39,706 nucleotides of DNA, taken from Perkinsus chesapeaki ATCC PRA-425. Lineage: Eukaryota; Protista; Perkinsozoa. The notes beneath the pieces are model-generated. The model saw only the letters and a list, made by a program, of their open reading frames with translations, ran no database searches and was not told the DNA's origin. The translations under genes and the position numbers were made by a program. The stretch is taken from assembly GCA_013115145.1 (NCBI GenBank), contig JAAPAO010000323.1, forward strand, positions 1 through 39,706, given 5' to 3'. Of this stretch, positions 1 through 11,086 are shown piece by piece. Each line of letters opens with the position of its first letter. The first letter of the stretch is position 1.

Positions 1-410
1 TGCGTTGAGGCCAAGTGTTCCGGCTCTGTTTTCATAAACCGCAGTAGATTGGACTCACAGTGTGAGTCGTGTGAGTCTCACACGACTTTCCTCGCCTCTT
101 TTTTGCTTTGTCCTGTTTGCGATCTTGAAGAAGCTTATCTCTCCCGGTGATGGCTGGGGATAGACATAGCTGGGAACTACCACTGTTAACAACACAAGAC
201 AGATAGCCGAACGATTCTGTGATGCAAGTAAGACAAGGTGAGACAGCAACATGATCGGCGAAATATTGATCATAATCGGGGTTGTCAACCCCGGGTTGAT
301 AACAAACCGTCAAAGATGACCCAATAACATAATTTAAGTTGACCTAAGCGAGATTTTACCTTTAGCAGACTCTCAAGGAAGGCATTTATTCCTCAAACCA
401 CTGTTATCAT

Positions 411-1502
411 TATAACCAGCAGTTCAATGGGAGTGAATGCAATGCAGCATATAACAACGAACGATGATCGTCTGCAAGAAGATCGTCTAAGATCTCGTCC
501 TGTAAAAATAAGCCCTTCAACGACTAGTTCTTGATGAGCGCCATTTTTTCATCGATCTGCTTCCGAGAGCTATAAATGAACCCATTGAAGTGACCGTCGC
601 CATAGGAGGGAGCACCATCTTCAATAAGCTCTTTGTAGCTCCTAGGCATCAAGGTTGCTTCTTTGCTTCCCCCGGTTTGGACCTAAGCTGCTGCAGATGC
701 TTTCCTATTCGCCTTCCTGAGGCAAAAACCGGTTGAGGGCTTACTGATAACTCCACCTGAGATCTCGACATCCCTAGCCTGCTCAGACGATTCACAGCTT
801 TCTGGGCAAAGGAAATATTGATCATGTCAGAGTCAACCACACCAGGAGAGCCAAAATGAATCGAGACGGTATCGAAGGACCTCCAATCAACATGAGCCTC
901 ATCAATATAATCCCACAGTGGAGATTCTAGTTTTTCAGCAGCAAACCTGTGATACCATAGTACTACTATGATAGTAGAGAGGATAACAAACATACATAAG
1001 CCGGTATGAAGTGCTTACTTAAGTGATGCTCTTATTCCTTCCCCATCTCTCGTCTTCAAGCTTTGAATGATAATGCTTATACTGTTTGCCATCTGCCAGA
1101 AGCATTCTTGACGGTTTCCCGCCCAAATCGTCAATGACACTTCATCCACACCATATGTGGTAACCATAGCCTGAGCTTGCCTTTGGAACTCTGCATAATC
1201 AAAGTCCTCAGGAGTACATTTCCCAAAGACAGAGTCCGTGATAAGTTCAACTGACGTGATTGCCCCGAACTTTTTGGCACACTCGGCGATTGTTTAGTTG
1301 CTGTAACATTATGGCTCAGCTCCCAATCAAAGATACTCCCATTCATTAACAATATGGAGTATTCCAGGACCAGTTTTTTCACCCCCATAGGGAGCAATTC
1401 ACAGAAGTATTCCGGTGTTGAAAGCCAAGGTTGGCTGCCTACGGCTACATCAACGGTGGTTTTACTTGGTATAACTATGGCCAGCAACATGATGACAATC
1501 AT
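411..1502 (-). pseudogene. GH18 chitinase-like (TIM-barrel) secreted protein, disrupted
   Basis: Spliced translation: signal peptide MIVIMLLAIVIP, then PWLSTPEYFCELL...YGVDEVSLTIW...WDYIDEAHVDW...SYKELIEDGAPSYGDGHFNGFIYSSRKQIDEKMALIKN*SLKGLFLQDEILDDLLADDHRSLLYAA. The C-terminal part resembles the GH18 beta7-beta8 region. Two GTAAGC..TAG introns, a frameshift near 1290 and an in-frame TAG at 526-524. The catalytic DxxDxDxE motif is not recognisable. Confidence 0.6.
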
Positions 1503-2803
1503 AGTAGTGTGTACAGCGGTGAGCATCATTGAACGATTTTTACCAAAAAAAACCTAAGACCGTGCTCGCCGGTGTTAACCAAGTAGACTGGCGTGCCCTC
1601 CGCAACATCGAAGCTGGGGCTCAATATGCTCCATTTCAGTCCCATATCGACTCAACAACTCTGTCGGTGGAGCACATTTGATCCACCAAAGCTTTGTTCA
1701 GTGATCAATGTCTCAAAAGCGTCACCTTGCCTTCTTTGTTGATCGATAATAAATAGATGCACTGCCTTAGTAGGCTCGTTAACTTCCGAAGGAGAGGTTT
1801 CGGCGTTATTCGCCGTTTCGATAATTCCCCCTATGGAGCACAGGCTGTGCGATCTCATCGCATCGTAGTCGACCCGCCTCAACGAAATTACGGTTAAGTA
1901 CGTTGAAAAGCTTCAAAGTACGACTTGAATTTTAGAAAGCTTGGCAACGAGTACAGAACAAGTCATCTAATATGAAGTACACAGAGAGAAACACAAGAAC
2001 GCCGAGGCTACACAAGCGAGCCTCCTGGAATAGGGTGAACATGATTGCAGGTGTCCTCTGGTGGCGCGGAGAGCCCTCCACACAAGCCAACTCTCGCCCC
2101 GGTTAGATCATGAGAGATATGCTGTATCAAGCAAATAATTGGATACCAATCAGTTCTGCACTATTGTTGTTGGAAGTTAGCATTATATACTCGTTCACTT
2201 ATTAGCGCACACGAGGCACTACATGACAGTTTTAGCTTATTACGTCATCCTGGAAGGCTGTCTACACAGGACCTATTTACAGCGAATGAGCCTAGTATAG
2301 TGTGCACAGAGTGAATGTGTAGTCTTGCAGTAGTTGAGTGCAGAGTGCACCCACAGTTCGTCCCAATGGCGTAGTACTTGTTCAAACGCGACAGCTCCTC
2401 TACAAGCGGTATGAGCTTTTGAAACTCGCAAAGCATCGAATACCAGGACTTCGTCCGTAGCTTTATTGACCCGCTTGGTACACCAAATTCAACAGCAAAG
2501 TTTGGGTTGACGGTGGCAACTATGTAACATAGTCTATGTCGATTACTTTGTCAAGCCTTAGTCAACGCATCGAACATTCGACGTGTACCGACAATACGTA
2601 TCAGACTGCTGTAGGGTTAACATGCGTATTACGCCAAGTGATATAATATCGTGTAAAACAACACTAACTGCTATGTGCTTTGTGTGTATTCCAGTACCGT
2701 AGTGTATATGTGGTCCACATAACGGGTTACAACTCCATTTAACTCAAATCAATACTTCGTAACAAGATTTACTAACATGTTCAACATGCCTTGCTTAGGT
2801 GCC

Positions 2804-5800
2804 TCATAAGCGCGAGAGTGCCGCGTAGAGTCTCCTCATACCGGGGTTCGTCTGGATACCTGTCAATGGGGAAATTAAGGTCTAACTTCTCAATCAGATA
2901 GCCCTACCACTGTCCGGCAATTTGCTGCCAGAGTCGCTGCTTGAAAGCGACGTTGGTGTACTATTAGAGGGCGCATTCCCTCCAGGTCTCTGGTAAGATA
3001 ACTGTCTCGCATCCGGCACCTTATCCACCACCTTCACTCGCCAACCTGCCAATAACACTCATCAAACCGAGTCATTTGGCCAAACCAACCTCCAGCCGTC
3101 GGTGCTGCTCCTGCTGATGAACTGCTGCTGCTGGTGGAGGAGGAGGACTCTTCGGTGGAGTTCATCAGGGAGCCTCCTTCCTCGATACGATCTCCACTAT
3201 TCTTCATCGTTGTTCCGCCATTTATGTTGAGATTAGCCAACTCTCGAGCTCGAGATGTAACCGTCAGCTCGGATGCATTCTCCAAGACTTTCACGGCCTT
3301 AACGCGCCAACCTAACGTCACCATTAATATCGCAGTGTAAATGATACTTCCCCAAACTATTTTCTAATCACCCAAGATTCGACTAGTTTTCTCCCAGGAG
3401 ATAACTCACGCAAATCCGAGGAACAAGCCATCCAAGGTCTAGGAACTGGGTGACTGGCGACATTTCCGCTCAGGTTCTACAACCATATCCTTCCGACGCA
3501 TTCACGGTATTCAGTATTTCTTGATCGAACTCGCCTTACCCGCGCCTTGTCCTTTCGCCGTTACCGAGGAGGATGAATCGGTCGAATTGAACGTTTCTTC
3601 GTTGGCCGCCGATTCTTCACCCCCCTCCTCCATCGCACCACTGCCTTCCTTCATATCTGTCCCCCCAGCCAGCCTGACACCCTCGGCCACCGCCTCCGAG
3701 GTTGTTTCATTTAATGCCGAGGCCAGGTGCCTTTCACGTCTCTCAGTTTCATCTGCCAGAGTGAGATCGTTGCCATTGGAGAGCAGCTTCACTTCCTTAA
3801 CTCGCCAACCTGAAATCATCACAAGTCCCTATTGCTTTATTATTAAACCAAGTAGATATGTGACAAGTTTAAATTATATATTCGACCCACTGCGCTTTTC
3901 CTCAGTTACCAAATTCACACACTTTCACAGCTCCAGACATGATTTCGACAACAAATCAAGCATACCGACAAAGGCGAGCTTGACAGGAACATGGAAGGCC
4001 CAGTCAATAGGAGCCACCTTCCACAATAGAGCTCGCCGAATGATACACTCGAGGCCCGAGGGATCCCCAATAACCTCACCCAGCCTACTACCTCCAGATC
4101 CTCCTCCTCCTGATGTAATATTGGTCTTGCCTGTTGTTGGCTGTCCCTCGCCAACAATCATAGTTTCATTAGAATCATTGCTCATCGTATCATTTATATG
4201 GAAACCGCCCTCCTCGGTGTAACCGGCATGCTTTTGGGTGTAAACTCCGCCATGGATGTTGAGATCAGCCAACTGCTGTGCCTTCGACTTTGACGTCAAA
4301 TCTCTGCCATTCCCGACTAGCTTGACCTCGCGAACTCTCCAACCTGCTCGAGGAACTTCCATCCAGCAACAACAGGGACTATTTAAACTTACCTCCAGCG
4401 CCGCTGCCAGCAAACTTGGCAGCACTCGCCTCTGTTTGGTTAGACTCTGTTGAGTTCAAATACGAGCCGCCTTCCTCCATAGCGTCCGCTCCGTTCTGGC
4501 TTGTTGTACCACCACCGAGCTGCACGCCTTGCTGGACTGCCATTTCTGGAAGGATGAACGGATTCATATATGATGCTAGTAAAGTATCCAAGCCTGAAGC
4601 GAGTGAGTTGCGTTCCGCGATGGACAACCTCAACAGGATTTTCCTGGCTACATGAGAGATAACGATTTGTATACGACATATCAATCTGGAACAAGGACGA
4701 CACTCATTTGGAGTAATCCCGTTATTTTATCAAGTACATTCCCACCCACAAGAATCAAGACACAAGGCGGCTTCGACTGCAACCGGCTTTCTACACACTC
4801 CTCCACTAGATGACGATGATGCCATTACGGAGAACGCCAATGAGAGCTGTGGTGACAGGTTCTGCTAGTCTGCGGGTTTTCGGGTCCGAGAAGGAAAGTA
4901 GTAACTTTCGTAAATTGCCAAGGGCACGTTTTCTCACCATCATCAGAAGACGCTATAACACCTTCATCCTCGCCAAAGTGTAGGGCCGCCTTCGGCGAAT
5001 CTGCAAGACGCAGGTTCAACTCCCACGACTTGGTATTTTATTCACCTTTTTCCGGTTCCACTTTGCCATCCATCTCACTGAAGTGCAATGCCGGCTTATG
5101 CTCTCTGGCCACCACCGAGTTAGCTTGCTGCTGCTGATCAGCCTCCCCTTCCTCTTCATCCATCGTCACTACCGACGGTTCTGCAACCAAAGCAAGGTAC
5201 GCCAGCTCCCACAGTAGTGACCTTACCGTGAGGTTTGATCTCGCCGATGTCCTCATCAAAGCCCGTCCCTGAGAATGCCAACTCCAAACTGGCAACTATT
5301 CGATCAACTTACCCGGCTGTTGTTGCTCATGCTGGGATGACTCGGTCTCGTTTCTTGACTGGTGCTCCCGAATCTCATGGCCGCCCTCCTCGACCGAACT
5401 GCCACCTAGATCGGAGATGTCTTAACTCCTTTCCAACCGAAAGTGACATTAAGACGAGCTTAACGCCGAGCCCACGTTTTGCAAATTCAACAAGTGCAGT
5501 GCGCATTTTACCACAAAAAGTCTTCTTCTTCATACTGGGTGATTATCTTCCTACTCATCCAGTTAGTGAATGATTCAATTGTGCGTAGGGAGCCAGCTAG
5601 CTCTCCCAAAACTAATACCCTTCGCGAATCTATTCCCGAGACAAGGACATCGCATCCGTGCATGTATAATATGAACACTGTCACGAAATAATACGACCTG
5701 TACATTCCCAGGAGTATGATACTAACGAGGAAGAGTTTGAACTTGAAATTTTGTAAGAGCAGCTTTAGAAATATTATTTCCATCCTACTATACAGATTGA

Positions 5801-8800
5801 CATTTCCCATCCCAACAGACGCCTTCAAGAACTGACCTTCTGTGACGTGCGTACCACCGCCTAAGCGGACCCCTTCTCCCTTCGGCTCCGTCTCGCCGTC
5901 CTCCTCGCCGAACTGTACGAACGGTGGTTTATTCTCGACGACTGAAAGGAAGGAATCAAACTTCTTTGGACGAGTTCCTGTCCGAGCGAGCTTGATTCTC
6001 AAAGTGAAATAGCATGGAAGTCGGCCACCACATTCGCGACTAGGTTGCTCTTGCAGTTTTCGTATCTCCAACTCGATGAAGTTTTATCTTTCCGAGTCGG
6101 AAGTAGAAAATGCGCGTAAGTGTCGGCCGCCAACTTTCTAAGCAGAATTCGATAAAAATAGTTTTTAGATTCAACATCAGATAAGTAACTTTTTCAAGTA
6201 ATTTCCTCACCTTCAGGTTCATCAACTTCTCCATCAGACTCACCAAAGAGTATTCCAGCACTGGTAGTGCTGGGCGGCAGGGCCGTTGTGGAAGGTGACA
6301 CAGTGGTGTTAACAGCTGCATTGGAAGCAGACTCAACGACTTCCTCTGACTCTCCTTCTTCCATTCCGAAACTTAGGCCTCCTCCAGTTTTCGAGGGAGC
6401 TAGAGAAGAAATCGGTATGAGAATTCCTACTTAGATGAGACCTACGTGATGTCGTTATGCTGCCGGAAGCCTCACCAAAATTGATTCCGACCGTTGATGG
6501 CACCGCTGAGATGATCGAGCTTAATTCCATGCAGTAGTGGAGTAGCTTACCAGTTGTCGAGGACGTCACAGCTTCAGACGAATCTTCCTCTTGGACGTCT
6601 GATTAGAGGAGGGAGCGGTATGAAAACTGCTAACCTACAAACGATTGCTACCTTGGGCTTCCTTTTCCCCTTCGATACTATCGAATGTAAGCCCAGGACC
6701 CTTAGTAGTAGTGGAAGATGAAGGTCTCGTTTGGGAAGCTGAGACAGGAAGCTTCCCAGGGTAATACGACTAGTGGGATGATGGTGTTACTGGTGGTTGA
6801 TGAGGATACCGCGCTGTCTTGACGCTCAACCTTCTCACCATGCTCTGCCACTTCGCTTCCACCCTCTAACCTATCTGATTGACCTGATAAAGCAACCTAG
6901 ATTCACGACTGTAATGCTTTTAAAGTGAGAGGGCAACCGTGATGGAACTATGAATGTATTTGATGTCCATTGATTCCATCCTAGTTGATGTTTACTATTT
7001 CATTGGAGTCCAAGTCGCCTTCAGAAATGTCAATCGCACTAGTACTTCTCAACTTCGCTCGAGCAACACATTTTAGTGATAACCCCGCTGGACGCCGACG
7101 AGGCTTACCTCCACTAGTGCGGCTTTCGCCTTCGATGTCGACGTCCGATTCCTCTGAAAAAGAAGCATGGCGGTGTGATTGACGACAGAGGAGCTTTCTT
7201 ACCTTTCTCAACCGTTTCACCGTCCTCCTCCCCGAAAAGGACTCTAGACGGACCTTCGGTGGTTTCTGAAGGAGATAGAAAAATATACAAATGAGGAGGT
7301 GGAGGCATAGGAACGAACCATCTCGAGCAACTCGTATGCTCCTCACCTTGCACTTCTCCATCTGATTCACCAAATACTATTCCCTTAGTCGTTGCCCTTG
7401 TAGTGGTGGTGACCAACGCCTCGGTGGCGGTCGTTGTAGTTGTAGTAGTAGTATTGCGCTGCTCCTGCTCCTGCTTCACCGCATCACCCTCAGAGACCTC
7501 CTCAGAGCTTCCTTCCTCAGACCCAAATGCTAGGTTACCAGGAGCAGGAGGAGCTGGTTTGAACAAAATACAATTATTCTATCAAAAGTTACCAACACTC
7601 ACCTTTGGTGGTCGTCACTTCTTCACTATGCTCGCCGAAATCCACGCCACTTCCACTGCTCGATGAGCTTGCCGTAGTGGTGGTACTAGTAGCTACGTAT
7701 CAGATAGAAACAAGTCCACACCTGCCGACCTACTCGAGCCACTCGTCGTAGCCGTCGTCGAAGTAGGCGCTGGTCGTTCTGTAGATTCCTGATGCTCTTC
7801 TATGTGCTCGTCCTCTTCGCCTTCTTCCATACCAAAGCTCAGTCTCGACCCCTCAACTGTAACCAAGCTATGATTGGCATCCTCGTCGATGCTAGCATCG
7901 CTCCTACCAGGCGGTTCGACTTCCCCATCATTCTCACCAAACACCAAACCGACAGTTGTGGTGCCGGCCACTGTAGATTGAGTGGCTGAAACATGAATTT
8001 AGTGGCGCAGTGACGATTCAGTTCGCCTACTACTTGAAGTAGTAGTGGTAGTAGTAGTCGTCCTTTTCGTGGTGGATCTAGTAGTGGTAGGAGTCGGAGC
8101 CATCCGCGTTGTCGTTGTGATCTCTTCGGGCAACTCACCAGTCGTGGCTGAGAAACAACGTTAAATGCTCCCGCCAAGTGAATCTAATGCCTTCCTCAAC
8201 TCGCTAAAGTGTGATTATATAAAACATCACACATTTCTATTCAAATCAAATTTATCCTGTTTTACACATACACATGGTATGACACAATTATATGTCTACT
8301 TTCATAGCCGTTGCTACTACTGCTGTTAAGTGATGGTGTATTCCTCATCCACCCCAACGCTCCAACCCCTCACCTTCATGTATCTCCTCATCCTCCTTTT
8401 CTTCAACTATCCCTTCCTCCTCGGTAAAGTTAGGATTAACTGCATTGCTGCTACGGTCAATCGGGACTTCCTCGATCTCTTCATCTCCTTCCTCCTCTGA
8501 AAGCAACCGGCTCAAGTTACCAAAGCACTTCAGTCACTTCGCAAAAACACAGATTAATTGCCAAGATGTTCTTCAACGTCGTTCAAAGGTACGCCCGTCG
8601 ACGTCGTCTACGTACGGATGATGATAAAGCTGAGAGCTCCATCGTGACAAGTTAATGGACCAGAAGACCAACCTAAGCTTTTAGCGTCTAATGGTCTCGT
8701 TCCATGTCCACCAACAGTGATAACCCAGCACTGTAAGATGGCGTTGAATAACAATCCGATAAAATTTCGCATCATTGCGACGTCGTGACCGAGGATCGAA

Positions 8801-10389
8801 CTCACCTGGCACTCCCTCCTCCTGCTCATCCTCCCCAACGGTCTTCTTCTCCTAACAAAGCCGCTAACTTGCCATTGGAATGAGCTAAGTTTGCTTACAA
8901 AAATGAAAACCAAGAAACATCTCATGGCCTTCCTATCCTTAAACCGAATCTCCACGATGTTTCCGTCCTTCAAGATTGCCGTTACGAGTAGGTCCGAAGG
9001 GGGAGGTCCAAAGTAAATGGTGCTGATGACAATGTCGAGTCTATAAGGTGCCGAAGTGTCGTTCGTGTTGATCGGTATAGGCTCGCCCGACTGACTGTTA
9101 TAGATTCGGATGCTCTCCGGTTGACCTGATCCAAGCCATCACTGTTGGATTGAATATCTTCACCTACTATGGCAAGCAGGAGCCTTCACGCCTGTGGTGC
9201 TGTTGTCCGGGACTATGACTGGTTTGTCAATCTCCTCACTGCTGCTTGATCGACTTTCCCTCTCGCCATCCTCCTCTTCAAAGTTCACTCCACCAGTTGC
9301 CTCAGGCATCCTTGTAGTGCTGGAAGTGGTAGTGGATTCTAAATAGGCCAGGATGCTGGTAGAGCCTTTGGCATGTAAAAGCACGGCCCAGATGCTGACA
9401 CACCAATTGCTACTCCGTGCCGTCCGAATGAAGATTTAGGATTTACTATACATCCAATGCTTTCTCGCGCCTGAGCCTATCATCCCTTGCCAGGTTCCAA
9501 GGCCTTAGTAATAGTGACAACGATGAGGGTGGGACTATATAAACCGTTGTTACTGCATGATGAAGGGGAAATTCGCTGCAATTCCACAGAATCCCCTGTA
9601 GAGTCTTCCAAGTCGGGACTAACTCCTCGATGTGGGGATGTGCATGTGGAGTTTATGTCCTTTAGATGAGCAACTCAGCAGCTCCGAAGATAGACATGCC
9701 AACCTCCGAGGAGGATCGCTTTCTTTCTTACTTGTTGCTGTTGTTGTTGTCGTCGTCACATCACCCGCATCCTCTTCGAAAGATATCCCTTGGGTCGTCG
9801 GCGTGGCTAGAAAATCATATCAATCAATCTACACATTCTTTTATCATCTTACCTGTCGTAGTCGTAGTGGTCTCAGTCCGTTGCTGATGCTCTTGTTGAC
9901 CTGAAACGTATCTTACCATAATCAACCTCAAGATTCCATATCCCACTTGAGCTTTCCTCCTTTATGCCATCCTCGCTCCCGAAGGACAGTCGAATCCCTC
10001 TCGCCGCCTTAGAGGGTCTCGTAGTGGTCGTAGCTAAGCCACCATGATCCAGAGGAAGTTTGGTATGACTTACTGCTCGTGGTAACATCTCCTGCGTCCT
10101 CATCGAACGCCAATGCCACCGGCGGCTGCTTTGTAGTAGCTAAAATTGAATATCTCTCCAAACCCAGCTGCGATGAATCCTTACAGCTTTCCGCCTGTTT
10201 TTCCCGAATGTCCGCGTGGTAATTATTCCTTGACGAACCTGACGGAGGACCATAATAATGTCTTCATTAGTCTGCCCTACTTTGTCGCTCGATCTCGCCA
10301 GCTTCCCGTCCAAAACTCAGACTTTTTCGCCTCGCAAGCACGCCCAGTGCAAGTATCAGTACACTCAGCGTTCTGCGTGTAGGTAGCAT
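2804..10389 (-). CDS. Large multi-exon secreted mucin-like Thr/Ser/Glu-rich repeat protein (possibly more than one gene or partly decayed)
   Basis: ATG at 10389 gives MLPTRRTLSVLILALGVLA (signal-like). Many exons with GT-AG introns join in frame. About 19 copies of a [LIV]xF[GSDE]Exx[G] motif are separated by Thr-rich spacers, followed by four C-terminal exons starting GWRV[KR]. TGA at 2806-2804. I could not splice 9400-9720, 8200-8700, 6950-7050 and 5960-6110 cleanly. Confidence 0.7.
5001..5045 (+). other. tRNA 3'-fragment (T-arm plus T-run) filling a 45-nt intron of the minus-strand repeat gene (antisense to the gene)
   Basis: Plus strand CTGCAAGACGCAGGTTCAACTCCCACGACTTGGTATTTTATTCAC. Its reverse complement is a GT..AG intron joining ...VEPEK to DSPKAALHFGEDEG in frame. 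Confidence 0.55.
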
Positions 10390-11086
10390 TAATAAAAAGG
10401 GGCCTGACAGGAACACTTCTGAATGCCTAAATGCATTCCACGGTACTGGGCCGGAATCGACGTAATCAACAGTGTTCTGAAACCATTGGATGGGTTATCC
10501 GATGCATAAATAATTTAGTTAAACACCGATGCTTTTTCGACCCTTTTGTGAGCGAAATTTGGTATGAAATTTGATTCCCGACGGCTTGTCTTCCCGTTAA
10601 CGTAGCGATGTGACCCAGATAGACTGCATTATTAATTCATATAACACTCGGATTCCTCTGTATTATCTGACACTTCCAGCAAAGGCTTCCACCGAGTAGC
10701 TTCGCGTATCGAAATACAAGTTAAATGATACTCAACACCCCCTCGGCTGGACCAAGCTCGAAATGATCGCTCCTTTCCAAAAATGAATAGTACTTGCGCA
10801 GTAGCGTTGAGGAAATACAAGAAGTATCAAGTGAGCAAGATTCTCTATCCTGCATACCACGTACTTTCCACGAGGTATAGAACATGATTTTCACGCGCTG
10901 TTTAAGATTCCGGGAAGATTTTAAATGGTTTTGCTCCGAGCCTAACAACGAGCACGGTAGCATCTTTGGTTTTGTTGAAATCTGACCCTACACGGGCGCC
11001 GCTTGCGAATATGTACAAGATTGGAATTGATGCATCATCGCTGCACTCCACACTCCATCACCATTGAACCACTTTCAGTTAACAAA

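Noticed and set aside
1-330. Short minus-strand ORFs at the window start
   Set aside because: No recognisable domain and truncated context; cannot tell coding from intergenic.
1560-2800. Possible transposon or pseudogene remnants (ORFs 1652-1882 and 2245-2436)
   Set aside because: All frames are interrupted, with no RT, integrase or transposase motif and no terminal repeats.
3134-4655. Plus-strand ORFs of up to 233 aa
   Set aside because: Antisense shadows of the low-complexity minus-strand exons, which have proper splice sites.
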